Source of the DNA: Myxococcaceae bacterium
GTDB lineage: Bacteria > Myxococcota_A > Polyangia > Polyangiales > Ga0077539
Direction of reading: 5' to 3'
Length of the DNA stretch: 64,000 nucleotides
Assembly (NCBI GenBank): GCA_004297725.1
Contig: SCUS01000054.1
Location: 7,731-71,730, forward strand
Position numbers and translations under genes: made by a program. The notes beneath the pieces are model-generated. The model did no database searches. It was given only the letters and a program-made list of their open reading frames with translations, and had not been told where the DNA came from. Positions 38,941 to 48,607 of the stretch are shown piece by piece; the first letter of the stretch is position 1, and each line of letters starts with the position of its first letter.

Positions 38941-39945
38941 ATGACGAAGCATGAACCGTTGACGATGCGCGCCGCCGTGGTGACCCGCTACGGAGCGCCC
39001 GAGGTGCTGGCGCTGCGCGAGGTCGCTCGCCCGACGCCGGGGCCCGGAGAGCTGTTGATCCGCGTGAAGGCGGCGAGCGTCTCGTCGGGCGACGCCCGGG
39101 TGCGGGCGCTTCGGGTGCCCGAGGGGATGGGGCTCATGGCGCGGCTCGCGCTTGGCTGGAGCGGCCCCCGACAGCCGGTGCTGGGGACGGAGTGTTCGGG
39201 CGTGGTCGAGGCGGTGGGCGCCGGGGTCACCCGCTTTCGCGTGGGCGACGCGGTGGTGGCCTTTCGGGGCGCGGCGATGGGGGCGCACGCGGCGTACCTC
39301 TGCGTGCGCGAGGACGGCTCCGTCGCGCCGAAGCCCGAGGGCCTCTCCTGGGACGAGGCCGCCGCCCTCCTCTTCGGTGGGACGACCGCCCTGCACTACC
39401 TCCGCGAGGCCCGCGTGAAGCAGGGCGAGCGCGTGCTGGTGCTCGGCGCGTCGGGCGCCGTCGGGGTCGCGGCGGTGCAGCTCGCGAGGCACGGCGGGGC
39501 CGAGGTCACCGCGGTGTGCAGCGCGGCCAACGCCCCGCTGGTGACCGGGCTCGGCGCGACGAGGGTCATCGACTACCGCACCGAGGACTTCACCCTCGGC
39601 GACGCTCGTTGGGACGTGGTCATGGACTGCGTCGGCGCCACCGACTACGCCCGCTGCCGACGGGTGCTCGCTCCCGGCGGGCGCCTGCTGCGCGTGGTGT
39701 GCGGCCTCGGCGGGCAGCTCGCGGCGCCGTGGCAGGGGCGGCTCTCGGGGCACCGGGTCATCGCGGGCGTCGCCGCCGAGCGCCCCGAGGACGTGCAGCG
39801 CCTCGTCGAGCTCGCGCGCTCCGGCGAGTACCGGGCGGTGATCGACGCGTCGATGCCGCTGTCCCGCATCGCCGAGGCGCACGCCCGCGTCGACAGCGGG
39901 CGCAAGCGAGGGAGCGTGGTGGTCACCCTGGAGGGCGAGGCGTGA
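38941..39945 (+). CDS. NAD(P)-dependent MDR oxidoreductase (quinone-reductase-like)
   Basis: YGAPEVL, VLGTECSGVV and GASGAVG motifs; divergent from the LysR gene. Confidence 0.9.
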   Translation: MTKHEPLTMRAAVVTRYGAPEVLALREVARPTPGPGELLIRVKAASVSSGDARVRALRVPEGMGLMARLALGWSGPRQPVLGTECSGVVEAVGAGVTRFRVGDAVVAFRGAAMGAHAAYLCVREDGSVAPKPEGLSWDEAAALLFGGTTALHYLREARVKQGERVLVLGASGAVGVAAVQLARHGGAEVTAVCSAANAPLVTGLGATRVIDYRTEDFTLGDARWDVVMDCVGATDYARCRRVLAPGGRLLRVVCGLGGQLAAPWQGRLSGHRVIAGVAAERPEDVQRLVELARSGEYRAVIDASMPLSRIAEAHARVDSGRKRGSVVVTLEGEA

Positions 39946-39960
39946 GGCCGCTCGTCGCGA

Positions 39961-40180
39961 TCACCCCGCGGTCTCGAAGGCCCGGTCGTAGAGCTCGTCG
40001 TTCGGTAGATCGAGCGTCGGCGACGCGAGCCGCAGCGTGTCGCCTGCCCGAAACTCCCGCAGCGTCCACGCTCCCTCCGCGGCGCGCTCGTAGTGCTCCA
40101 CGTGGGGCTCGCTCGACGACACCAACAGGTAGTGCCGCAGCGACGTGATCGTGCGGTACCCGGCGAATCTATCACCTGGC
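39961..40180 (-). pseudogene. C-terminal remnant of a Uma2-family endonuclease
   Basis: GDRFAGYRTITSLRHYLLVS..PHVEHYER..W...ELY matches the Uma2 C-terminal third; the N-terminal PD and EVLS motifs are missing. Confidence 0.7.
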
Positions 40181-40210
40181 GCTGGTGCAGGTCGGGCGGG
40201 GTGAAGGGTT

Positions 40211-40798
40211 TCAGCCCGGGTCGTCGTCGGTGACGAAGAGATCATCGAGGTCGACCTCCACGGCGTCGAAGGGCGCCGCCCGCGCCCGCTCGCCGGGAGC
40301 GAAGACGCCGACGATCACGTAGCCCTCGTCGGCGCGGTGGAGCACCGTCAGCGAGCGGCGCTCCGGGTCGGCCAGCCAGTACCAGGCGACGCCCGCGCGG
40401 TGATAGGCCTCGCGCTTCCGGCCAGTGTCCATGGCCGCGGTCGAGGGGGAGAGCACCTCGCAGATCCAGTCGGGGACGTCGACCACGAGGCCCCGTCCAT
40501 CGGGAGAGGGCAGGCGGGGGTGGTGCTCACGCCGCCAGCCCAGGAGGTCGGGGCGGCAGCCGATGCCGCCGATCTCCATGTCGACCTCCGAAGAGAGCCA
40601 CCCGCCGGGGCGCTCGTCGTCTCCACGGCGGCGGTCGAAGCGCAGAGCGAGCGCGCCGCTGACCTGGGTCTGCACGCGCCCATGGCTGGGGCCCGGCATC
40701 CCCTGGTAGACGATGCGACCGTCGATGAGCTCAGCGCGCTGCTCCTCGGGGATCGCGAGCCACTCCGCGATGGTCGCGCGTCGAGGAGGGGTCGTCAT
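40211..40798 (-). CDS. Uma2-family endonuclease
   Basis: RAELIDGRI, RPDLLGW, PDWICEVLSPST..D..RK..Y and YWLADP motifs. Confidence 0.92.
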   Translation of the reverse strand: MTTPPRRATIAEWLAIPEEQRAELIDGRIVYQGMPGPSHGRVQTQVSGALALRFDRRRGDDERPGGWLSSEVDMEIGGIGCRPDLLGWRREHHPRLPSPDGRGLVVDVPDWICEVLSPSTAAMDTGRKREAYHRAGVAWYWLADPERRSLTVLHRADEGYVIVGVFAPGERARAAPFDAVEVDLDDLFVTDDDPG

Positions 40799-40857
40799 GC
40801 GCAGAAGATGAGACTCGGAGCGCGCGGGAGGCAAGGGCAGCCCACACCCCCTGGGAC

Positions 40858-41284
40858 TCGGAGTACGAGCGCGAGGCCGTCAGCGAGGAGTCCCCGGTAC
40901 GAGCGCGAGGCCGTCAGCGACCAGAGCCAGACCCCAGCCCGTAAGGGCGGGGGAGAGACCGACCACGCCACCCCAGTGCGGAATAATGACGTCGCCTCTG
41001 CTCGGAGACCGACCACGTTTCCGGACGACGACTGGCAACGTGGTAGGTCGCGCCCCCGCCCTTACGGGCTGGGGTCTGGCTCTGGTCGCTGACGGCCTCG
41101 CGGTCGTACCGGAGACTCCTCGCTGACGGCCTCGCGGTCGTACCGGAGACTCCTCGCTGACGGCCTCGCGGTCGTACCGGAGACTCCTCGCTGACGGCCT
41201 CGCAGTCGTACCGGGGACTCCTCGCTGACGGCCTCGCAGTCGTACCGGGGACTCCTCGCTGGCGGCCTCGCGGTCGTACTCCGA
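40858..41284. repeat. REPIN/MITE-like inverted element with tandem 34-bp arrays
   Basis: Left arm has about 2 units plus core CCAGAGCCAGACCCCAGCCCGTAAGGGCGGGGG; right arm has the inverted core plus about 6 head-to-tail CGCTGACGGCCTCGCRGTCGTACCGGRGACTCCT units. Ends are TCGGAGTACGA and TCGTACTCCGA. Confidence 0.92.
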
Positions 41285-41455
41285 ACTCCAGCACAGCCCC
41301 GCCCCGCTCTGATTCGTCGCCCCGTTTGAATATTCGTCAGACCCGCCGCCGCGGTCGCGCGTCCCACACAACGCCGCGCCCCTGACACCCGCCGTCGATG
41401 GCTGCGGGGCGCCGCGGTCATCGCCCACTCCCCTTCGCCGGAGGCCACAGCCGCC

Positions 41456-43426
41456 ATGGTGCCGTACATCCACGCCCGTCGTTCGGGCAGCCTCGCCATC
41501 GTCGCCCTCCTCGGCGGCTGCGCCACCGCCGGCGGCCTCGCCGCCCGCCGCGCCGCCGTCGAGCCCACCACCGCTCCCGCCGCCGCCGGCCATGCCCCGC
41601 GCCGCGCCGCGGCCCGCGCCGAGCTCCCCTCCTGCGAGCCCGCCCGGGGAGCCCACGCCGCCCGCGCTCCCGCCGCCGCGCACGGCGACCCGGACGCCCG
41701 TCGCGCCGCCCAGCGCGGCCTGGAGTTCGTCTCCCGCGAGGCGGTCGCCTGGCAGACCCAGCACAACTGCTACGGCTGCCACGTGCAGGCCGTCACCTTC
41801 GAGGCCCTCACCGTCGGCCGGGAGCACCGCTACGACGTGAGCGAGACCGAGTACCGCGAGGTGCTGCGCGGCCTCACGGACATCAGCGGCGGCCACCGCC
41901 ACGCCGGGGGACTCAGCGTCGGCGGCAGCGGCATGCCCGCGACCTCCCGCGCCTTCGGCGGGGCCGCCTTCGCCCGCTACGACCGCACCGAGGACGGCGC
42001 CCTGCGAGACGACCTCCTCGCCGTCGCCACGCAGCTCGTCGCGCACCAGAACCCCGACGGATCGGTGCGCAACGACGACACCCGCTTCCCCGTGGTGCAG
42101 GGTCCCCTGCAGGCCACCACGCAGGCGCTCCAGACCTGGCACCAGGCCTACTCGCGCAGCGCCGACGAGCGCTGGCTCGGCCCGGTGCGCGAGGCCGAGA
42201 CCTGGCTCCAGTCGCAGGCGCGACAGCTCACCGACCAGCCCGACGCGGGCACCGTCGACATCAACTACGCCGTGATGGGCCTGCTCGAAGCGGGGGCCCA
42301 GCCCAGCGAGGCGAGCCTGGTCGCGCTCGCCTCCCGGCTGCGGGAGCGACAGTCGGCCGACGGCGGGTGGAGCTTCCGTCCCACCGGGGAGGCCAACGCC
42401 TTCGCCACGGGGCAGAGCCTCCACGCGCTGCGGTCGCTCGGCGCGAGCGACGACGACCCGGCGGTCGCCCGAGGAACCCGCTGGCTGGTCACCCACCAGG
42501 CCGAGGACGGCGGCTGGTCGCACGGCGGATCGGGCAAGGCCGAGGCGATGTGGGCGGTGTTCGGGCTGGTGAGCGTCGACGTGATGTCCCTCACGCTGGA
42601 GGGCGTGCGCGACGGAGAGCACGCGGGGGGCAGTCCCACGGTGAGGGCCCGCGCGGTGGACAACAGCGGCGCCTCGGTGCGCCAGGTCGAGCTGCTCCTC
42701 GACGACAACCCCATCGGTCGGGCGTGCGGCGCCGCGCTCTCCCAGCCGGTCGCCCTCGGCGACCTGCCCGCGGGGGTGCACACGCTCGACGTGGTGGCCA
42801 CCAACGACCGGGGCCAGCGCTCCAGCCGGCGCATCGAGCTTTACACCGGTCAGTATTACCTGGCCACGCCGGGCACCCGCTGGAGCGAGGGGCGCACGGT
42901 GTTCTCGCTGCGCAACGTCGCGCCCCGGGAGCTCGCCGGGACGGTGCGGGTGAGGGTTCGCACGCCCGAGGGGAGGGAGGTGTGGCGCCACGACGAGCCT
43001 GCCGCGCAGGGCCCCGTGAGGGTCTCCTGGGACGGCCGTCCCACCGACGGGGCGGCGGCCCCGGCGGGGCGCTACGTGGCGACGCTCTCCTACGTCGACC
43101 GAGGCGGTCGGGCGCTGCAGGAGATCGAGCTGCCCTTCGTGCACGACACCGTGGAGGCGCAGCAGGCCAACTACGCCCAGGTGCAGGGGCAGCTCGACGC
43201 CGAGGGGGCGGGCGGCGCGGCCAACGCCCAGGTGGAGCTCGTCGACGGCGCCGGGCGCGTGGTGCAGCGCACCCAGAGCACCGAGTCGGGCGCGTACCGA
43301 TTCAGCAACATCGACCGCGGGCAGTACCGGGTGCGGGTGAGCCGACCGGGCTTCCGCCCGATGGAGGCCCCGGTGGCGGCGGCCCCCGCGGCGACGTCGA
43401 GCGCGGACATGCGGCTCATGCACTGA
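41456..43426 (+). CDS. Lipoprotein with prenyltransferase/squalene-cyclase-like repeats, CxxCH, Ig-like and carboxypeptidase-regulatory-like domains
   Basis: Lipobox LGGC; CYGCH; QW-like repeats QNPDGS, RQSADGGW and HQAEDGGW; SWDGR (FlgD-like); GAYRF..GQYRVRVSRPGF. Confidence 0.8.
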   Translation: MVPYIHARRSGSLAIVALLGGCATAGGLAARRAAVEPTTAPAAAGHAPRRAAARAELPSCEPARGAHAARAPAAAHGDPDARRAAQRGLEFVSREAVAWQTQHNCYGCHVQAVTFEALTVGREHRYDVSETEYREVLRGLTDISGGHRHAGGLSVGGSGMPATSRAFGGAAFARYDRTEDGALRDDLLAVATQLVAHQNPDGSVRNDDTRFPVVQGPLQATTQALQTWHQAYSRSADERWLGPVREAETWLQSQARQLTDQPDAGTVDINYAVMGLLEAGAQPSEASLVALASRLRERQSADGGWSFRPTGEANAFATGQSLHALRSLGASDDDPAVARGTRWLVTHQAEDGGWSHGGSGKAEAMWAVFGLVSVDVMSLTLEGVRDGEHAGGSPTVRARAVDNSGASVRQVELLLDDNPIGRACGAALSQPVALGDLPAGVHTLDVVATNDRGQRSSRRIELYTGQYYLATPGTRWSEGRTVFSLRNVAPRELAGTVRVRVRTPEGREVWRHDEPAAQGPVRVSWDGRPTDGAAAPAGRYVATLSYVDRGGRALQEIELPFVHDTVEAQQANYAQVQGQLDAEGAGGAANAQVELVDGAGRVVQRTQSTESGAYRFSNIDRGQYRVRVSRPGFRPMEAPVAAAPAATSSADMRLMH

Positions 43427-43468
43427 CGACCCTATCGCGCGCGGCGATCGACTACGCTCGCGCCCACC

Positions 43469-44932
43469 ATGACGCAGGAACACCTCGACGTGCTGATCGT
43501 CGGCGCCGGCATCTCGGGCATCGGCGCGGCCTACCACCTCCAGACGCTCTGCCCTGGAAAGACCTGGGCGATCCTGGAGGGGAGAGAGGCCCTCGGAGGA
43601 ACCTGGGATCTCTTCCGGTACCCGGGCATCCGCTCGGACTCGGACATGTACACCCTCGGGTATTCGTTCCGCCCCTGGACCAACCCCAAGGCCATCGCCG
43701 ATGGGCCGTCGATCCTCGACTACCTGCGTGACACCGCCGCGGCCTACGGCATCGACCGCAAGATCCGCTACGGCCACAAGGTCGAGCGCGCGAGCTGGTC
43801 CACCGAGGCCGCCCGCTGGACCGTCGAGGCCCGCGACGCCTCCACCGGCGAGCTGCGTCGCTTCACCTGCAGCTTCCTCTTCATGTGCGCGGGCTACTAC
43901 GACTACGACGAGGGCCACTCGCCGGAGTTTCCCGGGCGGGAGCGCTTCCAGGGGCGCGTGGTGCACCCGCAGCACTGGACCCCCGACGTCGAGTACGAGG
44001 GCAAGCGCGTGGTGGTGATCGGCAGCGGCGCCACCGCCGTCACCCTGGTGCCCGAGCTCTCCAAGCGGGCCGCGCACGTCACCATGCTCCAGCGCTCGCC
44101 CTCCTACGTGGTGACGATCCCCGAGCGCGACCGCGTCGCCAACTGGCTGCGGGCGCGGCTGCCGCTGCGGTCGGCCTACGCGCTCACCCGCGGCAAGAAC
44201 GTGCTGCTGAGCATGGCCTTCTACAACTACTGCCGACGCTTCCCGGAGCACGCCACGCGCTTCATGGTGGGCACCGTGCGCCGCGAGCTTCGCGGCAAGC
44301 TCGACGTGACCAAGCACTTCACCCCCCGCTACAAGCCGTGGGACCAGCGGGTGTGCCTCGTCCCCGACGGCGACCTCTTCGAGGCGCTGCGCTCGGGCAG
44401 GGCCTCGGTGGTCACCGACCAGATCGAGACCTTTACCGAGACGGGCATCCGCCTGCGCTCCGGGGAGGAACTCCCCGCCGACGTGATCGTCACGGCCACC
44501 GGGCTGAAGCTGAAGTTCCTGGGCGGGATGGCGGTGGAGGTCGACGGGCGTCTCGTCGAGCCGTCGAAGACCATGGCCTACAAGGGCATGATGATCAGCG
44601 ACGTGCCCAACCTCGCGCTCGCCATCGGCTACACCAACGCCTCGTGGACGCTCAAGGTCGACCTCACCTGCGAGTACGTCTGCCGGCTGCTCAACCACAT
44701 GGACGCTCGCGGCTACACCACCTGCGTCCCCCGCCGCCGCGACCCCTCCGTGAAGGAGGAGCCCCTGCTCGATTTCTCATCGGGATACGTGCAGCGCGCG
44801 GTCGACGCGTTTCCCCGGCAGGGCTCCATCGCGCCGTGGAAGCTCCACCAGAACTACGCCTTCGACATGATGCAGCTGCGGCACTCGCCGCTGGAGGACG
44901 GGACGATGGAGTTCACCACCGCGCGGAGATGA
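43469..44932 (+). CDS. Flavin-containing (Baeyer-Villiger) monooxygenase, EthA-like
   Basis: GAGISG, GGTWDLFRYPGIRSDSD, FQGRVVHPQHW, GSGATA and ATG motifs. Confidence 0.93.
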   Translation: MTQEHLDVLIVGAGISGIGAAYHLQTLCPGKTWAILEGREALGGTWDLFRYPGIRSDSDMYTLGYSFRPWTNPKAIADGPSILDYLRDTAAAYGIDRKIRYGHKVERASWSTEAARWTVEARDASTGELRRFTCSFLFMCAGYYDYDEGHSPEFPGRERFQGRVVHPQHWTPDVEYEGKRVVVIGSGATAVTLVPELSKRAAHVTMLQRSPSYVVTIPERDRVANWLRARLPLRSAYALTRGKNVLLSMAFYNYCRRFPEHATRFMVGTVRRELRGKLDVTKHFTPRYKPWDQRVCLVPDGDLFEALRSGRASVVTDQIETFTETGIRLRSGEELPADVIVTATGLKLKFLGGMAVEVDGRLVEPSKTMAYKGMMISDVPNLALAIGYTNASWTLKVDLTCEYVCRLLNHMDARGYTTCVPRRRDPSVKEEPLLDFSSGYVQRAVDAFPRQGSIAPWKLHQNYAFDMMQLRHSPLEDGTMEFTTARR

Positions 44933-44939
44933 GGGAGGG

Positions 44940-45218
44940 TCAGCAGGCGGCCCAGGCGGGGAGCAGATCGTCGGCGCGGCGACCGCGGGCGCGGCGGTCG
45001 GGGCGGCCGTCGTTGCGGCGGTCGGCCGGGCCCCAGCGGCGGTAGGAGAAGCGGCTCTCCAGCTCGGAGCCATCGAGGAAGATGACCGGAGCGAAGGGCG
45101 CCTCGACGATGGTGAGCAGGTAGCGCGTGAGGGAGTCGAGCTCGCTCAGCAGGTCGTAGTAGCGGAGCTCGGGCGCGTCGGGGTCGTCCGCGCAGGAGTG
45201 GGAGGAGGAGGGTTTCAT
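44940..45218 (-). CDS. Small hypothetical protein
   Basis: Fills the gap downstream of msrA with plausible codon usage; no motif recognised. Confidence 0.45.
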   Translation of the reverse strand: MKPSSSHSCADDPDAPELRYYDLLSELDSLTRYLLTIVEAPFAPVIFLDGSELESRFSYRRWGPADRRNDGRPDRRARGRRADDLLPAWAAC

Positions 45219-45267
45219 GGCGCCGCCCAGCGTAGGAGGCTGCGCCGCCGGGGGGCCAGTTTCTGCG

Positions 45268-45924
45268 CTACGCCGTCACGCCCGTGCCGATGGGGCAGGT
45301 CACGCCGGTGCCCCCGATGCCGCAGTAGCCGTCCGGGTTCTTCTCCAGGTACTGCTGGTGGTACTCCTCCGCGAAGTAGAACTCCGGCGCCTCCCGCACC
45401 TCCGTGGTGATCGCGTTGCGCCCCGCCTTGCGAAGCGCCTGCTCGTAGGCCACCCGGGAGCTCTCCGCGGCCGCGCGCTGCGCCTCGTCGTACCAATAGA
45501 TGCCGGAGCGGTACTGCGTCCCGACGTCGTTGCCCTGGCGCATCCCCTGGGTCGGGTCGTGGTTCTCCCAGAAGGCCTTGAGCAGCGCCTCGTAGGAGAC
45601 CTTCGCCGGGTCGTACACCACGCGCACCACCTCGTTGTGGCCGGTGCGGCCGCTGCACACTTCCTTGTACGTGGGGTTGGGCGTGTAGCCCGCGGCGTAG
45701 CCCGCCGCCGTGGAGACCACCCCGGGGAGCCTCCAGAACTTCCGCTCGACGCCCCAGAAGCAGCCCATGCCGAACATCGCCAACGCCATCCCGGGGAACT
45801 CCCCTTCGAGCGGCGTCCCGAGCACCGCGTGGCGCGCCGGGACGGGCATCCGCTCGCTGCGCCCGGGCAGCGCCTCGGAGGGAGAGGGCATCGTCGTCTT
45901 GGTGGGATCGGTGAACGAAAACAT
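45268..45924 (-). CDS. msrA: Peptide-methionine (S)-S-oxide reductase
   Basis: [39 protein letters not shown] and GYCG motifs. Confidence 0.96.
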   Translation of the reverse strand: MFSFTDPTKTTMPSPSEALPGRSERMPVPARHAVLGTPLEGEFPGMALAMFGMGCFWGVERKFWRLPGVVSTAAGYAAGYTPNPTYKEVCSGRTGHNEVVRVVYDPAKVSYEALLKAFWENHDPTQGMRQGNDVGTQYRSGIYWYDEAQRAAAESSRVAYEQALRKAGRNAITTEVREAPEFYFAEEYHQQYLEKNPDGYCGIGGTGVTCPIGTGVTA

Positions 45925-45971
45925 GGCGGGCACTCTGTCACCGACCCGACAGGTCGGCCAGTGCCCCGCCG

Positions 45972-47282
45972 CTAGCGCAGCGCCCCGAGGAGCGCCTGGA
46001 GCAGCGTCCAGAGGCCCACGAGCCCCAGCAGCGTCACCACGGCCGCCGCCGCGAAGGCCCCGCGGGAGTTGCGGTCGACCGCGTGCATCGCCTCGGCGCC
46101 CATGCGCTTGGCCATGGTGACGGGGCACTCCACCGGCACCTTGCCGTCGCGGATGGACTGCAGCCGGTCGATCATCGCGGTGACCGAGCGGTAGCGCTCG
46201 TTCGGGTCCTTGGCGACGCCGTGCCGGATGAAGTGCGCCAGCTCCGCAGGCACCCGCGACTGGTGCGGGCTCTCCGCCGTGTACGCCATCGGGACCGGGT
46301 CGCGCAGCACCCCCGCCACGCACTCGCCCACGCCGCTCTTGCTCGCCAGGTAGTGCTCCAGCGTCAGCAGCTCATGGAACATCACGCTGAGCGCGTACAC
46401 GTCGCTGCGCTCGTCGAGCGTCGCCACCTCGCCGCGCGCCTGCTCCGGGGACATGTACGCCGGGGTCCCGAGGAGCGATCCCTCCATGGTCCTGAGCTTG
46501 TCGTTGCCCTGCCGCCGACCCTTCGGCGCCGTGAGGGTGATCAGCTTGTCGTCGACCGGGAAGCGCTTCACCTCCTCGCGGCTGCGGGCGAGGCCCCAGT
46601 CCATCACCACCACCTCGCCGAAGCGGCCCACCATGATGTTGGCGGGCTTCAGGTCGCGGTGCAGCACCCCCTGCGCGTGCGCGTACTGCACCCCCCGCAG
46701 CACCTGCAGGAAGACCTCCGTGCGCCGCTCGAAGGAATACCGCTGGTGGTATTCCGGGTCCCCCGCGATGAGGCGCTCGATGACGTGCTCGAGGGTCTCG
46801 CCCTCGACGTACTTCATCACATAGAAGTACCGCCCGTCGGGGTCGACGCCCACGTCGTGGATCGGGACGATGTTCGGGTGGTCGAGGCGCCCCAGCACCC
46901 TGATCTCCTCGACGAAGCGCGCGGTGATCTCCGCCCCGCCCTCCAGCTCCGGCAGCAGGCGCTTGAGGGCCACCGGGCGCTCGATGTCGTTGTCGCGCGC
47001 CAGCACCACCTCGCCGACGCCGCCGCGCCCGAGCACCTTCGCGGCCTCGAAGCGCTCCCTCGCGTCGACCACCAGCCGGGGCACCTCCCCGACGAACTCC
47101 ACCCTCGGAAGGATGGTCGACCGGGCTCCCCCCGTCGCGACCGATGCGTCGAGGGCAGGGCCTGGGAGCACCTGCGTGGTGCCGTCGTGCGAGGGCTGCT
47201 GCACCGGCGAAAGAACAGTCTGGGCGAGGGAGGACGGGGCGTGCGGAGGGACGTACGCGCCGGGGATCGTGTCGTTCTGCAT
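45972..47282 (-). CDS. Ser/Thr protein kinase with C-terminal TM
   Basis: [23 protein letters not shown] and [10 protein letters not shown] motifs. Confidence 0.93.
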   Translation of the reverse strand: MQNDTIPGAYVPPHAPSSLAQTVLSPVQQPSHDGTTQVLPGPALDASVATGGARSTILPRVEFVGEVPRLVVDARERFEAAKVLGRGGVGEVVLARDNDIERPVALKRLLPELEGGAEITARFVEEIRVLGRLDHPNIVPIHDVGVDPDGRYFYVMKYVEGETLEHVIERLIAGDPEYHQRYSFERRTEVFLQVLRGVQYAHAQGVLHRDLKPANIMVGRFGEVVVMDWGLARSREEVKRFPVDDKLITLTAPKGRRQGNDKLRTMEGSLLGTPAYMSPEQARGEVATLDERSDVYALSVMFHELLTLEHYLASKSGVGECVAGVLRDPVPMAYTAESPHQSRVPAELAHFIRHGVAKDPNERYRSVTAMIDRLQSIRDGKVPVECPVTMAKRMGAEAMHAVDRNSRGAFAAAAVVTLLGLVGLWTLLQALLGALR

Positions 47283-47307
47283 GGGGTGTTTGGTTCCTCG
47301 CGATAGC

Positions 47308-48510
47308 CTATCGGGCCGCGCCGCGCACGGTACCGGCCGCGCGGAGGCCCTCGGTGAGGCGCTGGTACTGGCTCAGGTCGTTGTAGACCTGGGCGCTCAC
47401 CCGCAGCAGCAGCCTCGCGGGGTCGCCCCAGCGCATCACCGGCACCTCGATGCGGTGATCGTCCCAGAGCCCTTGCTGCAGGCCGTCCTCGAAGGTCGGA
47501 TCGCAGGGGGCGGTCGGAGGGAAGCGGTCCGCCGGGAGCGCCAGCGTGGCCATCGATCCGACCATGGTCTCGGGCGCTGGAGGGGGCACCCCGAGGGCCT
47601 CGGAGAGCAGCGCGCGGGCCTCCAGGGCGAGGGCGCGGTTGGCCTCGCGCAGGGCGTCCCATCCCCCGGGGAGGAGCGAGCCCATGAAGCGGATGGCCTC
47701 GGGGACGGAGAGCACCGCGGTGGGGTCGTCGGTGCCCATCCAGTTGAACTCGATGGAGAGGCGGGAGCGGTCGGTGCGGCGGGAGCTGGCCCCGTGGCTG
47801 ATCACCAGCGGTCGCACGCGGTGCTGCCGGCTCGGGTGCACATGGAGGAAGGCCGCTCCCTTCGGGGCGCACACCCACTTGTGGAGGTTGCCCGTGTAGT
47901 ACGCCGCGCCGAGCGAGCGCAGCGAGAGCGGGACCATCCCCGGCGCGTGGGCTCCGTCGACCAGCACGTCGACCCCGGAGCGCTGGCAGACGTGCACGAT
48001 GTCCTCGACCGGAAACACCAGCGCCGTAGGGCTGGTGACGTGGTCGACCAGCACGAGGCGGGTGCGCGAGGAGAGCGCGCGGGTGATGGCGTCGAGCACC
48101 TGGCCCGACGAGCGCAACGGGAAGGGGACCTCCGCGGTGACCACCCTCGCTCCGGCGCGCTCGGCGACGAAGCGGGCGGCGTTGGTGCACGCGGCGTAGC
48201 CGTGGTCGGTGACGACGATCTCGTCGCCCGGGGAGAGGGTGAGAGACCGGAGCACGGCGTTGACCGCGAAGGTGGCGTTGGGGACGAACACCAGGTCCTC
48301 CGCGGGGGCGTCGACGAAGGCGCCCAGCGAGGCGCGGGCCTCGTCGAGGAGGGTCTCCAGGTCGCGCGCCAGAAACTGCACCGGCTGCGCCTCCATGCGG
48401 TCTCGCAGGCGCTGCTGGGCGGCGAGCACGGCGCGGGGCGTGGCGCCGAAGGACCCGTGGTTGAGGAAGGTGACGGTCGGGTCGAGGGCGAAGTGCTGCG
48501 CGAGGGTCAT
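47308..48510 (-). CDS. PLP-dependent class V aminotransferase (isopenicillin-N epimerase/C-S lyase-like)
   Basis: FLNHGSFGATP, VDGAHAPG and GNLHKW (PLP Lys); start ATG 48510. Confidence 0.9.
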   Translation of the reverse strand: MTLAQHFALDPTVTFLNHGSFGATPRAVLAAQQRLRDRMEAQPVQFLARDLETLLDEARASLGAFVDAPAEDLVFVPNATFAVNAVLRSLTLSPGDEIVVTDHGYAACTNAARFVAERAGARVVTAEVPFPLRSSGQVLDAITRALSSRTRLVLVDHVTSPTALVFPVEDIVHVCQRSGVDVLVDGAHAPGMVPLSLRSLGAAYYTGNLHKWVCAPKGAAFLHVHPSRQHRVRPLVISHGASSRRTDRSRLSIEFNWMGTDDPTAVLSVPEAIRFMGSLLPGGWDALREANRALALEARALLSEALGVPPPAPETMVGSMATLALPADRFPPTAPCDPTFEDGLQQGLWDDHRIEVPVMRWGDPARLLLRVSAQVYNDLSQYQRLTEGLRAAGTVRGAAR

Positions 48511-48607
48511 CGTCGGTGGGGCGGAACGATCGACGACAGGGTCCACGGGTGACAAGCGCCATGGCCCAGGTTTCGACGGGCGGCCCAACGATGCGAGACT
48601 CCGCCCC

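Noticed and set aside
41088-41284. 34-bp repeat array as a CRISPR
   Set aside because: Units are head-to-tail with no unique spacers, are mirrored in an inverted arm, and no cas genes are present.
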